Source: Gammaproteobacteria bacterium (lineage in GTDB: Bacteria; Pseudomonadota; Gammaproteobacteria; JADZEE01). From it: 64,000 nt of DNA. Each line of letters opens with the position of its first letter. Position 1 is the stretch's first letter. This document shows, one piece after another, positions 20,312 through 30,677 of the stretch. Below the pieces are notes generated by a model. The model saw only the letters and a program-made list of their open reading frames with translations, had not been told where the DNA came from and did not search any database. The position numbers and the translations under genes are program-made. The DNA is taken from contig CBDDBH010000022.1 of NCBI GenBank assembly GCA_965225625.1, positions 66,103-130,102 on the forward strand, read 5' to 3'.

Positions 20312-21367
20312 CTAACTTGCGCCAAACGCGCGCTCGACAATCGCAACAGCCTGCACTTGTTGCGCGTCCAACGAGTGCGCCACCGCAATCTGGCCGGCGG
20401 CGCGTACTTCATTATGTTCGCCGCGGGTGCCGTAGTGATCGGGATCCCAACCAAAGTAACGTTCGTTCAAGGCGTCAGCGCAGAATCTGGCCGCGAGTTC
20501 GATCAGGATCACCTGTGTGGCAGGCACGATCGAGCGCCATTCCTCATCGGTCAGTGCAGCGTTCGACGAGGCATATCCCTGTATGGCCGCTTCGAACAAC
20601 GGCAGTGAGAATTCCGCATCACGTGTATCTTCGCCTTCGGGGTTGCACCAGGATCGAAATGCATCGCCTAATTCCAGTGGCAAAGGCATGTTAGTCAAGG
20701 TGTCGAGATCGATCAGACACAAGGCTTGGCTACCATCGGAGGTGAAGACAACGTTGGAGATTTTTGGATCGCCGTGAACGATCCGATCGTTAACGCTCGG
20801 CAGCGGCGGCAGATGGTCGGCCAATTCGAGTATCTCGCGCGCGAGCGGAGCAACGTTCTGGAAACGCGGGTGGTCGCGTTTGCCTGCTAGCGTTTCTGCG
20901 AGGACGCGTAAATGCCGCGCAGTATCGTGGACCCCGGCCCGGGGATTTTTGAATTCGTGTTTCAGATCGGCAAGCGCGGCGTGAAAACGGGCCAGCAGCG
21001 CGCCAGCGGAATGCGCCTGTTCTTTTGAGGCGAGCGTGTTGTAGCAGGATCCGACGATATACGTGAGCAAGCGCCAAACTCTGCCCTGCGCGCGCACGCT
21101 AAGCTTGTTATCGACGCTCGCAACCAGATGGGGTGTTAACAGATTTTTGTCGGCGAGGTGGCGGGTAACCGCGTCAATGTCCTCATGAACGCTGGGCGGA
21201 AAGATCGGATTTACACGCTGTAGTATCCATTGAATGCCCTCACCGGTTGCAACGGTGAACGTGCGATTGATGAGCCCGCTTGTAACCGGCTCCAGCAGCG
21301 CATCGTCCAGACCATAATGCGCTAGCACCGTCCTCGCCACAGCTAGTTCATCAGGGTTTATCTTCAT
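20312..21367 (-). CDS. phosphotransferase-family protein (APH/homoserine-kinase-II-like kinase fold)
   Basis: Brenner motif VHGDPKISNVVF and DxD (LIDLD). The start MKINPDEL at 21367 overlaps the upstream gene by 17 bp. Confidence 0.65.
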   Translation of the reverse strand: MKINPDELAVARTVLAHYGLDDALLEPVTSGLINRTFTVATGEGIQWILQRVNPIFPPSVHEDIDAVTRHLADKNLLTPHLVASVDNKLSVRAQGRVWRLLTYIVGSCYNTLASKEQAHSAGALLARFHAALADLKHEFKNPRAGVHDTARHLRVLAETLAGKRDHPRFQNVAPLAREILELADHLPPLPSVNDRIVHGDPKISNVVFTSDGSQALCLIDLDTLTNMPLPLELGDAFRSWCNPEGEDTRDAEFSLPLFEAAIQGYASSNAALTDEEWRSIVPATQVILIELAARFCADALNERYFGWDPDHYGTRGEHNEVRAAGQIAVAHSLDAQQVQAVAIVERAFGAS

Positions 21368-23501
21368 CGTGCGCGCGTTTGATGACGTAAGCGTGTATCG
21401 CGTCAGCGTCCTCGGCAGAGAGATAGTCGGCGTAACCGACCATGCCGCGTGCCTGACGCAGTCCACCGAGGACGATGGGGATCCATTGTGCGTGCGTCCC
21501 AGCGGTCATGTAGCGCAGATCCGGCAGTGAGCTGCCGCTGATCGCGGCTTCGCCGTGGCAGCCGAAGCAAAATCGGTGAAAGAGCTTTTTCCCGGTCGCC
21601 ACTGTTTCGGCCGGAGCGCTTGCCGGTGGTTGCTTCGGATTCGTCGACGCAAGTTCCGCAAGCGCTGGTAACGTTTCGGTACCGCCCAGTTTAAAAGTCA
21701 ACACACGGCTGACGTTTGCGACATTCAGGGAGCGTGCCAGACGTCCGGAAATCAACCCGTAGGCAGTGCCCCAGCCGACCATGACCGTTACATATTGCTC
21801 GCCATCCAACGCGTAGGTCACCGGTGCTGCGAGCACACCGGACTGTGCATTCATCGACCACTGTCGCTCCCCGGTATCCGCGCGATAGGCGACGAACTCA
21901 CCTTTCGCCCGACCCTGAAACAGCAGATTGCCGGCGGTCGCCAATATGCCGCCATTCCACGGGCTGCTATGGGGAACCCGCCAGGCTTGTTTCTGGGCAA
22001 TCGGATCCCACGCAATGAGTGAGCCGCTCAAGGTCTCTAACACGGCCTGTTGCACACGCGGGTCCTCCGGCATGGACATTGTCGCGTGATCCAGACCGGT
22101 ATTGGTTACGCCGGGTTTGTACTGGAACCCCGGGTCTTCGAGGTAGGGGAAGGCAAGATCTGCAGCGGGTATATAAACGAGTCCGGTCCCCGGGCTGTAG
22201 GCCATCGGCTGCCAATTGTGTCCGCCCATGGGCGAGGGTTTGGTTAAACGCGGATCCGCGCGCTCGCGTACGCCGGCCGATTCCACCGGACGCCCTTGCG
22301 CGTCTATGTGGGTGGCCCAATCCACCGGTACATACGGTTTAGCGGATATGAACTCGCCAGTGGCGCGATCCAGTACGTAAAAGAAACCATTCTTGGGGGC
22401 CTGCATGATGACCTTGCGGACTTCGCCTTCCATCTGCAGGTCAGCCAGGATCATGTGCTGTGTAGCGGTGTAGTCCCAGGTTTCGCCAGGGGTTGTCTGG
22501 TAGTGCCACACATATTCGCCGGTGTCAGCTTTGAGCGCGACAATCGAGGCCAGGAACAGATTGTCGCCGCCGCCCGGACTGCGCAGCTTACGGTCCCAAG
22601 GCGAACCGTTGCCGACGCCGACGTACAGGAGATCCAGCTCCGGATCGTAGGCCATCGAATCCCAGACTGTGCCGCCACCGCCCATCGTCCACCATTCACC
22701 CGTCCAGGTTTCGGCGGCGCGCTCCATTGCCGCAGATTCGAACGGTAGTGACGGATCGCCGGGCACTGTGTAAAACCGCCACACTAGCTCGCCAGTGTCT
22801 GCGTCATACGCGCTGACGTAGCCGCGAACGCCGTACTCCGCACCGCCGTTGCCGATCACGACCTTGCCTTTCATCACGCGCAGCGCGCCGGTAATCGTAT
22901 AGGGTTGTTGCGGATCGGTGGTTTGTACATCCCAGACCGGTGAGCCGGTAGCCGAATCCAGTGCAATTAAGCGGCCGTCGATCGTGCCGACAAAGAGTTT
23001 GTCTTGCCATAAAGCCACGCCGCGATTGACCACATCACAGCACGCAAACGCGCCGCTGGTGCGTGGAACCTCGGGATCGTATTGCCACAATTGCTCGCCG
23101 GTCCCGGCATCCAGGGCATGTACGACACTCCACGATTCGGTCGTATACATGACGCCATCAGCGACCAGCGGTGTTGCCTCGATGCCGCGCGTGCTCGCAA
23201 GGTCCACGTACCACGCAAGGCCCAGCTCGCCGATGTTTTTGTCGTTTATTTGCGTGAGCGGGCTATAGCGCTGTTCTGAATAAGTACGTCCGTGGCTTAG
23301 CCAATCCTCCGTTTCGGGGTTCAGCAGACGCGCCGCGCTTACCATTGGAGTCGCGGATGTTACGACTGCCGGTGCCGAGGGCGGTGCTACCGGTTGGGCG
23401 GGTGGGGCCGGCGGTGTTGCCGTTGGCGGATCCTTTTCACAGGCGCTTAGAAACAAAAACAGCGTCGCGCAGCACAGCTTTTCCAGCATTGATCGTTCCA
23501 T
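21351..23501 (-). CDS. PQQ-dependent alcohol dehydrogenase, type II quinohaemoprotein (C-terminal cytochrome c domain)
   Basis: Eight-blade PQQ propeller repeats with a C-terminal CFGCH haem-binding motif. N-terminal lipoprotein-like signal LFLFLSAC; probable start MERSMLEK at 23501. Confidence 0.85.
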   Translation of the reverse strand: MERSMLEKLCCATLFLFLSACEKDPPTATPPAPPAQPVAPPSAPAVVTSATPMVSAARLLNPETEDWLSHGRTYSEQRYSPLTQINDKNIGELGLAWYVDLASTRGIEATPLVADGVMYTTESWSVVHALDAGTGEQLWQYDPEVPRTSGAFACCDVVNRGVALWQDKLFVGTIDGRLIALDSATGSPVWDVQTTDPQQPYTITGALRVMKGKVVIGNGGAEYGVRGYVSAYDADTGELVWRFYTVPGDPSLPFESAAMERAAETWTGEWWTMGGGGTVWDSMAYDPELDLLYVGVGNGSPWDRKLRSPGGGDNLFLASIVALKADTGEYVWHYQTTPGETWDYTATQHMILADLQMEGEVRKVIMQAPKNGFFYVLDRATGEFISAKPYVPVDWATHIDAQGRPVESAGVRERADPRLTKPSPMGGHNWQPMAYSPGTGLVYIPAADLAFPYLEDPGFQYKPGVTNTGLDHATMSMPEDPRVQQAVLETLSGSLIAWDPIAQKQAWRVPHSSPWNGGILATAGNLLFQGRAKGEFVAYRADTGERQWSMNAQSGVLAAPVTYALDGEQYVTVMVGWGTAYGLISGRLARSLNVANVSRVLTFKLGGTETLPALAELASTNPKQPPASAPAETVATGKKLFHRFCFGCHGEAAISGSSLPDLRYMTAGTHAQWIPIVLGGLRQARGMVGYADYLSAEDADAIHAYVIKRAHDEDKP

Positions 23502-23562
23502 GGCGGACTCTGTTACAATAATATGCCGAACTCTCGGTAGGCGCGAACGGCAGGCAGGCAAA

Positions 23563-23892
23563 ATGTTTTATATGGTGGCGAGTTTCAATTTCAATCTTGA
23601 AAACTTCGGCGACTTGGAAGAGGCCGAACGACACTATCGCGAGTACCACGTCCCGTTAGCAAGCCGTCTGCCGGGTTTGCGCCATTATGTGATCGGTTTC
23701 CCCGCGGATTTCGGCGTCGCAACGGCAAATCGTCATCGCGCTGCATTACTGGCTTATGACGATGATGCAGCGGCGCGGGCGGCCTATAAATCTGATGTTG
23801 GCCGTGAGTTGCGTGCCGATGAGCAGCGCCTGATTGCGGATCCCGTTGTGTATTTTATGAATGCCGAAGAAGTTGTGTCCTTGACGCGTTAA
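23563..23892 (+). CDS. EthD-domain (Dabb-like) protein
   Basis: MFYMVASFNFNLENFGDLEEAERHYREYHVPLASRLPGLRHYVIGFP matches the EthD family. Confidence 0.6.
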   Translation: MFYMVASFNFNLENFGDLEEAERHYREYHVPLASRLPGLRHYVIGFPADFGVATANRHRAALLAYDDDAAARAAYKSDVGRELRADEQRLIADPVVYFMNAEEVVSLTR

Positions 23893-25331
23893 TGAATAGC
23901 GATAGTGATTTGACCGTCGTGCTGACGGTCTTTATCGCCTACCTGGTCGCGCTGTTCGGCTTTGCAATCTGGGCGCGGACCGAATCGCGCAGCGTGGAAG
24001 GCTATTTCATTGCCGGAAAACGGCTGCCGTACTGGGTGGCTGCCTTCAGCACGAACGCAACGGGCGAGAGCGGCTGGCTGTTGCTGGGACTCACCGGCAT
24101 GGCTTACGTAGTCGGTGTTCACGCCTTGTGGGTGGTGTTGGGTGAGGTTGTCGGTATTGCGCTGAGCTGGACTTATGTTGCGCGTCGGCTCAAGCGCGCC
24201 ACCGATCAATACGATTCGATTACCATTCCGGATTATCTCGAAAGCCGCTTCGACGACCAACGCCATATCCTGCGTCTCATCAGCGTCGTCATCATCCTCA
24301 CCATGGTTGCAACTTATGCGACGGCGCAAATGGTGGCTGCCGGCAAAGCCTTCAGTTCGTTTCTACACATGAGCTACGGCAGTGGTGTGGTGCTCGGTGC
24401 GGTGGTCACGTTACTGTATACGACGGTCGGTGGTTTCAAGGCGGTGGCCTATACTGATTTGCTGCAGGGGATCATGATGCTGTTCGGTTTGTTGCTGATC
24501 CCCATCGTCGGCTTCTCGCTTGCCGGTGGCTCGGACGTTTTCATCCAGTTGCATGGCGTTTCACCGGCCTTGTTGAGTCCCTGGGGTGAACATGGCGCCA
24601 GCATTGCCGGACTCGTCGCGGTGGCGAGTTTCGTCGCCATCGGTTTACCGTTTCTAGGTGTGCCGCAATTGATGGTTCGCTACATTGCGATCCGAGACGA
24701 AACAGAAGTACGCAAGGCGCGCGCGATCTCGGTACTGTGCATGATCGGTTTTGGACTGGGTGCGGTTTTCACCGGCATCGTAGGACGGGTCCTGGTGCCG
24801 GAGCTCAACGATCCGGAAACGATACTACCGGTGCTGGCGCAACAGCTGTTTCCGCCGGTGATAACAGGCTTGCTGGTTGTCGTGGTGTTAGCGGCGATCA
24901 TGTCGACCGTGGATTCGTTGTTGATCCTTGCGGCATCGTCAGTTGTGCGCGATGTGTTGCAGAAGGTTGTACGGCCGGGGCTGAGTGAACGGCAGTTCGC
25001 TATTACTGCCCAAGCTGTCACTGTAGTCGTGGGCCTTTTCGCCATGGCTTTTGCGCTCACCGAGAATCGATTGATCTTCTGGTTCGTTTTGTTCGCCTGG
25101 TCGGGTCTGGGGGCGGCGTTCGGTCCGGTGTTGCTATGCTCGCTGTGGTGGCGAGGTACGACGCTCGCCGGCGCCATCGCCGGGATGGTTGGCGGATTCG
25201 GCACTGCGATGCTGTGGGTAGTGTTTGCGAAAGCGCACACCTATGACTTGTATGAGGCCATTCCCGGGTTTGTTGTCGGGTTAGTGCTTACTGTATCAGT
25301 GAGCGCCGCGGGCGCGTCCCGCTCAAGCTAG
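23892..25331 (+). CDS. sodium:solute symporter (SSS family) transporter
   Basis: 13-TM SSS signature (GYFIAGKRLPYWVAAFSTNATGESGWLLLGLTGMAY). TAATG overlap with the EthD gene. Confidence 0.8.
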   Translation: MNSDSDLTVVLTVFIAYLVALFGFAIWARTESRSVEGYFIAGKRLPYWVAAFSTNATGESGWLLLGLTGMAYVVGVHALWVVLGEVVGIALSWTYVARRLKRATDQYDSITIPDYLESRFDDQRHILRLISVVIILTMVATYATAQMVAAGKAFSSFLHMSYGSGVVLGAVVTLLYTTVGGFKAVAYTDLLQGIMMLFGLLLIPIVGFSLAGGSDVFIQLHGVSPALLSPWGEHGASIAGLVAVASFVAIGLPFLGVPQLMVRYIAIRDETEVRKARAISVLCMIGFGLGAVFTGIVGRVLVPELNDPETILPVLAQQLFPPVITGLLVVVVLAAIMSTVDSLLILAASSVVRDVLQKVVRPGLSERQFAITAQAVTVVVGLFAMAFALTENRLIFWFVLFAWSGLGAAFGPVLLCSLWWRGTTLAGAIAGMVGGFGTAMLWVVFAKAHTYDLYEAIPGFVVGLVLTVSVSAAGASRSS

Positions 25332-25408
25332 GTAACGTTTATTACAGCCACTGAAACATAAACGGCTGACTCGCAGTCTCGTCACGATCCCCTAAGTCCG
25401 GCAGACTG

Positions 25409-26260
25409 CTAGGACATGAATTTATTCACGTCGACGGGATTGATGAGATCCGGGGTCTTCCAGCCGTCGAGGTCATTTTCGTCCATACACTGCTCGGCAA
25501 ACTTGATCAGCTCTTTGTCCAGCCCGGCGCCTTGAGCAGAAAGCAAATTTTCAAGCCGGATGTTCTCGTAGTTACCCGCATAGTTGCGCTCGTAGAGTTC
25601 ATGGCGTGTGCCGAATTCCGTGCCGATAGCGTCCCACAGCAGGCGCATTATTTTCACTCGCTCCTCGGCGTCCATGCCGAAAGATCCGCACAGATATTTG
25701 TCTAAATATGGTCGGATCTCAGGCGTTTTAAAGTCCACAGCATGCGAGTTCACATAAATCAGACCGCTTGCTACAACGTTCTCAATAATCTCCCGAACCC
25801 GAGGGTAAACCACAGTTGACAGCATGCGGCTTGCATTAGCCCCAATGAGGGCGGGCTGACCATTGCCGTTTGTCGATCGACCGGCGGATTGACGATGGCA
25901 TGATTGAGAAACAACACGCGCTCCTGCGCGCGTCGATACCATGCGCGTGCGTCGTCCTCATAAGGCGCATAAAACTGGGGATTCATTCCCAAGGTCCCAA
26001 TGAAGGAGGCCTTGTAATCAGGGGAACGTCCCATCCAGCCGTAGGTTATTCTTGGCCACTCGACGATAGCGTCACGCCCGCGGGCTAATTCTTCTGCGGA
26101 TTTTGGTACGCGGAAGAACGAATGCGTGAATCCGCCGTTGCCGGTATCGGTAGGGCAGGTGAGAGCGCTTTCTTGTCAGGCGCGTGTAAGGCGTCATAAA
26201 GTCGCGCAACCATGCGCGCCCGATTTCGAGACGCCGGGTGAACCGTAACATCTGCAACGC
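25409..26260 (-). pseudogene. 4-hydroxyphenylacetate 3-monooxygenase oxygenase-component (HpaB family) remnant, frameshifted and N-terminally truncated
   Basis: HpaB C-terminal homology (LYERNYAGNYENIR...; [38 protein letters not shown]) is split over three minus-strand ORFs in different frames. Only ~850 bp of an expected ~1.5 kb gene remains. Confidence 0.6.
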
Positions 26261-26406
26261 GCTCGCCGTAGATCCAGACTTCTCGTGGCTGGCGAATACT
26301 CTCTAAATATTCACTTCCGGTGAATGGCAGCGTTGATTGGACGATCTTGCACCTCCTGCGGTTGATGATTTCTAAGTAATTTCGTTGGGCGAAGGTTCGC
26401 CAACCG

Positions 26407-27669
26407 TTATAACGGCTTGTCGGAATCAGAGTTGTTAGCCACCAAATCGTAATTCGGATGCCAGGCTCCAGGGTTCATTTCAGTAAAAAGGCCGGTTTTT
26501 GTTCCCGCGAGTGTCTTCAGCATTTCCGTCTTGAGGTACGGGGTTTTGCACAAAAGCCCAAAACTCGCATCCCGGATCCATGCGGCCAGGTTACTGTCCG
26601 ATTGAAAGAACGGTGTTAGCCAGCGACTGGCGAGTTGATAGAAAGCAATGTGCCGCTTGCGAGTGCTTGTATAGTCCCTCAGTGCGGCGTTTATAGTTTC
26701 GTGCTGTTTCAACACGGTGCTTAAAACCAGTGCGTCGGCTAATGCCAAATTCGCACCCTGACCGAGTTGCGGACTGGTGTTATGTGCTGCGTCGCCGATG
26801 AAGACAAGCCTGTCCTCGTCCCAGCGTTTCATAACAATGTCGCCATAACGTGCGAACGTGAGCGCGTCCGTGCCTGTGAATTGCGCCATAAAGGGCATTA
26901 GTTCCGGCCAATAGGCCAGCACACGATCCTTCCACGGTGCTAACCCCGCCTGTAACCACGTTTCATAGCCCCCCGGCGGTAGGCTCCAGAAAAACGCTGC
27001 TTTGGGCATGGCGCCTCCAGGCTCCGTACCGATCGGTAACATGCCGATCATGATGCGAGCGCCGTCATAGCGTTGTTGCAAATAGTCGGTGCCGAACGTT
27101 TGTCCAGGGTCATCGACGACGCCCCAGATAGCCGCGTAAGGATACGGCTGCTCGAGCTTAATCCGACCGAGTTTGCGCAGTCGCGAACCCATGCCGCTGG
27201 CATCGACAAGTAGATCAAACGGACCGTGTTCTTGAGCATTGCTGTCGGTGAGGAAACGCTGGCCGGCGCGCAGACTGCTGTTGATAATCTCAAACCCGGT
27301 CTTAATGGGGATGTTCAGACGCAGAACTTCTTCATGCAGAATGCTGAACAAAGCTCCCCGGTGAATGCCCAGGCCGAAGTAGCGGGGTTTTAGGTTGCGA
27401 TAAGAAATATCGAAGACGACTCTGCCATTGGCGGACTTTCCAAATAGATTGTTAATCCGCGCTCCGTATTGAAGCGCTTTGTCATCAAGACCCAGTTTGC
27501 CAAGACAGTCAAGTCCAGTGGGTTGAAGCAGCAATCCTGCGCCAAGCGGCCTGGGGTGTTCAAAGCGTTCAAATATCGTAACGTCGAAGTCAGCTCTGCT
27601 TAAGAACGCGGCTGCCGCCAAGCCGGCCGTGCCGCTTCCGACGATCGCGATTTTGAGCGATTTGAGCAT
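26407..27669 (-). CDS. FAD-dependent aromatic monooxygenase (UbiH/salicylate-hydroxylase class A flavoprotein)
   Basis: GxGxxG dinucleotide motif [17 protein letters not shown] with DG and GD motifs; 420 aa. Confidence 0.8.
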   Translation of the reverse strand: MLKSLKIAIVGSGTAGLAAAAFLSRADFDVTIFERFEHPRPLGAGLLLQPTGLDCLGKLGLDDKALQYGARINNLFGKSANGRVVFDISYRNLKPRYFGLGIHRGALFSILHEEVLRLNIPIKTGFEIINSSLRAGQRFLTDSNAQEHGPFDLLVDASGMGSRLRKLGRIKLEQPYPYAAIWGVVDDPGQTFGTDYLQQRYDGARIMIGMLPIGTEPGGAMPKAAFFWSLPPGGYETWLQAGLAPWKDRVLAYWPELMPFMAQFTGTDALTFARYGDIVMKRWDEDRLVFIGDAAHNTSPQLGQGANLALADALVLSTVLKQHETINAALRDYTSTRKRHIAFYQLASRWLTPFFQSDSNLAAWIRDASFGLLCKTPYLKTEMLKTLAGTKTGLFTEMNPGAWHPNYDLVANNSDSDKPL

Positions 27670-27749
27670 GATTCAGGTAACGCTAAATCACTCGCTCTAG
27701 ATCTTAACGCGCATATCGCGGCGCCTTTATGCAAAATGTGGTTACGCGT

Positions 27750-28517
27750 CTAGCCGCCGCCATCGATAGAGAACGCGGCTCCGTTGACGTAGGAGGCACG
27801 TGGGGAACTCAACCAGACCACGGCTTCCGCCACTTCCTCTCGTGTGCACACACGACCAATGGCGAGTTGCGCGCCAAAATTCCGCTTCGCCTCCTCGTTG
27901 CCGCCCATCATGCGATCCAGCATCGGTGCGTCAACCGCGCCCGGGCACACAGCGTTGACTCGTATCCCCTGGCTCGCAACCTCAAGCGCTGCCGACTTCG
28001 TCAGACCAAGAACTCCGTGTGCGGCAGCGCAATACGACGAGTGATTGGCGAAGCCGTGGAGTCCGAAGGTGCCGACCATGTTAACGATACTGCCGCTTCC
28101 CTGGCTTTGCATTTGTGCAAGCTGAGCGTGCACTCCGCGCCACACGCCGTTTAGTTTGATGTCGATCATGCGCAGCCAGTTATCCTCGGAGACAACGGCG
28201 GCCGGCTCTCCGGTTCCCTCCCAACCCGCGCAGTTAAACGCACAGTCGAGGCGGCCCCAGGCCTGGACCGTTGCGGTGACTGCGGCCGTGGCGCTATCGC
28301 TGTCGCGAACGTCGGTGACGACAGCGGCGGCGTCGGCACCGGAGTCGCGCAGTTGCTGCGCGGATTGTTCGCACGCTGCCAGATCCAGATCAGCGATCAT
28401 GACGCGCGCGCCTTCCCGCGCGAAGCAGCGCGCCGTGGCAAAGCCGATGCCGCCGGCGCCGCCGATGATGAGCACGCCTGCGTCCTCTACCAAACCGTTA
28501 CCGTTTTGATTGTCCAT
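27750..28517 (-). CDS. SDR family oxidoreductase
   Basis: TGxxxGxG motif (IIGGAGGIGFA) and SDR NAG motif. Likely start MDNQNGNG at 28517. Confidence 0.8.
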   Translation of the reverse strand: MDNQNGNGLVEDAGVLIIGGAGGIGFATARCFAREGARVMIADLDLAACEQSAQQLRDSGADAAAVVTDVRDSDSATAAVTATVQAWGRLDCAFNCAGWEGTGEPAAVVSEDNWLRMIDIKLNGVWRGVHAQLAQMQSQGSGSIVNMVGTFGLHGFANHSSYCAAAHGVLGLTKSAALEVASQGIRVNAVCPGAVDAPMLDRMMGGNEEAKRNFGAQLAIGRVCTREEVAEAVVWLSSPRASYVNGAAFSIDGGG

Positions 28518-28695
28518 GATCGTTTCTCCGTGGTGGTCGCGCACCGCGCCTTGCGAACAAGTCTAAAGTGCTATGAATAAACCAATCAAATTACGACAGA
28601 GCGCTAGCCTAACGGTCTGCGCGAGCGGCGTCACATCTGCAGCTGCCATTGACGGCACAGGCTGGCAACGCATAATGTCTCGACCCGACACGGGA

Positions 28696-30084
28696 ATGGA
28701 GCACACGATGATAGAAATCGGCATCTTGCACAATGGCGCGTCCGACTTGCCCGGTATCACGACCGCTGAGGGCGTAGTGGTTAACGACGGATCGCTGGAG
28801 GAGGTGCACCAGAGTACTCAGCGTGTGTTGGTCAGCCAGGTGCGGCAAGGGATCCTGGCGGAACGTCTCGGCTTCGACTACTACTTCATGACCGAACATC
28901 ACTTTGAACAGGAAGGGGCCGAGTTCAGCCCCAGCCCGATGCTGGCAGAGACAGCCATTGCTGCCCAGACCAAGCGCATTCGCCTGGGCCAGATGGCCAA
29001 CATCATTTCCTGGTGGCATCCCATCCGCATTGCCGAACAAGCGGCGATGCTGGACGTGATCAGCGGTGGACGGCTCGAGTTCGGTATTGGCCGAGGTACC
29101 CAGCCGCGCGAGGCTGAGCTCTTCGGTGCTACCTACGGCTCCAGCGTCCAGGACCAGGAGCGCAATCGAGCTTATTTTCAAGAAGCCTTTGAGATCATCA
29201 TGAAGTCGTGGACGGAGCCCTCTTTCTCACATCACGGTCAGTTTTTCACATTGCCTCCCACGTATACCAAGTGGCACCACAAGTCGACGATGGCCTATTT
29301 CGACTTGCCCAAAGCCGGCCGCAAGACAGAGGATATCCTGCAGATCGGCAAACCGGATCTGTACTCCTCGGGCCCGCCCGTCATGGCGGCGACGACAACG
29401 TTGAAAGAGATCAGCGTCTTTCCGCAACCACTGCAGAAGCCGCATCCGCAAGTGTGGATCCCCGTGACCAGCGAACGCACTATCCGTTGGGCAGCGCGCA
29501 ACAGGATGAATGTATACACCGTGCCCGAACCGATCTCGCGCCTGAAGCGCAATATCGATATTTTTTATGAAGAATCCGAGAAAAGCGGCTGGCCGGATCG
29601 TCTCGATCGCGGTCCATGGAAATTCGGATGGGACGCCGAAAAGCACCGCGGCTTCGGCACCTGCCGCTACGTCCACGTGATACCCCCCGGCAAGGATGAG
29701 AAACAGCGCATAGATCGTTACAAGAGTTCACTTGAACAGGTGTGGGACTACCTTGCGCCGTTCGGGTTCGCGATCGTGCTGTCGGATTTAGACGAGCCAA
29801 TGTATGACATGGGCATGAAGGTCACTGCCGATCTGCTCATCGACAAACGCATCGCTATCGTCGGCACCCCGGAACAGGTCACCGAGCAAATCATGCATAT
29901 CAAGCAAAGCTGCGGCTACGATGATTTTTTTATAAACGCATGGTTCGAAGGTCCGGGGTACAGCACGCAGGAGACTGAGGAGACCATGCGACTGTTTTCC
30001 GAAGAAGTCATGCCCGAGTTGCGCAGCGCCTGCGGCGGTGGCCCATCACTACCGGAATCTAAAGCGCAGTTGGTGCCTGCATAA
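28696..30084 (+). CDS. LLM-class (luciferase-like) flavin-dependent oxidoreductase
   Basis: TIM-barrel LLM signature (YYFMTEHHFEQEG ... GRLEFGIGRG). The start is ambiguous: the ORF opens at 28573, and the probable start is MEHTMIEIGI at about 28696. Confidence 0.75.
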   Translation: MEHTMIEIGILHNGASDLPGITTAEGVVVNDGSLEEVHQSTQRVLVSQVRQGILAERLGFDYYFMTEHHFEQEGAEFSPSPMLAETAIAAQTKRIRLGQMANIISWWHPIRIAEQAAMLDVISGGRLEFGIGRGTQPREAELFGATYGSSVQDQERNRAYFQEAFEIIMKSWTEPSFSHHGQFFTLPPTYTKWHHKSTMAYFDLPKAGRKTEDILQIGKPDLYSSGPPVMAATTTLKEISVFPQPLQKPHPQVWIPVTSERTIRWAARNRMNVYTVPEPISRLKRNIDIFYEESEKSGWPDRLDRGPWKFGWDAEKHRGFGTCRYVHVIPPGKDEKQRIDRYKSSLEQVWDYLAPFGFAIVLSDLDEPMYDMGMKVTADLLIDKRIAIVGTPEQVTEQIMHIKQSCGYDDFFINAWFEGPGYSTQETEETMRLFSEEVMPELRSACGGGPSLPESKAQLVPA

Positions 30085-30455
30085 AGCGCATCGGCCACTA
30101 TTGGCGATGCTATCGGTGGTAAGCGGTCTGACCGTGACTGTCTGAGATCGGACAGGAGCCGATAATCTCAAATGCAAATGATGCTCGTTAAAAAAGCGTT
30201 TCCGCGGAGAGATTGAACGGCCGGACCCGGCCAACTCCGGTCGCACAGCACTATCTTACGAACGGCTGGTTTATCCGCGAAAGCAGTCATACAGCGTTGG
30301 GGGTTGCTTACTAGAGGGTCCGTATATGCTATCCAAAACCCGCTGGCAATGTATCGCCGTCGGAGTTCACATAATTGTAGAGAGCACACCTGCCGACGAT
30401 AAAGCCTTAGCGTACCGTGGGGGCTGATGCTTTTTCGCTTGTTGCGCGTTTTAAC

Positions 30456-30677
30456 TTACGCTGCGGATACCTTGGAGTGCTGCTGCAGCCTTTCCGGAAG
30501 TATCTGCGTTGCGAAGACGTCTTCGATCGTTTCACGTCGCCGGATGAGATCCGGTTTGCCGTCGTGCACCAGAACAGCGGCCGGTTTGGGCATGGAGTTG
30601 AAATGGATCGCCATCTGCTCGGCGTACATGCCCATGTCCAGCACGGCCCCCAGATCTCCGGGTTTCACATGCGGCAT
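30456..30677 (-). pseudogene. C-terminal ~70 aa remnant of a type-III PLP-dependent (Orn/DAP/Arg) decarboxylase
   Basis: KPGDLGAVLDMGMYAEQMAIHFNSMPKPAAVLVHDG matches the conserved C-terminal GDxLxxxxxGAYxxxMxxxYNxxPRPAEVLV motif of this fold; no upstream body is present. Confidence 0.5.
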
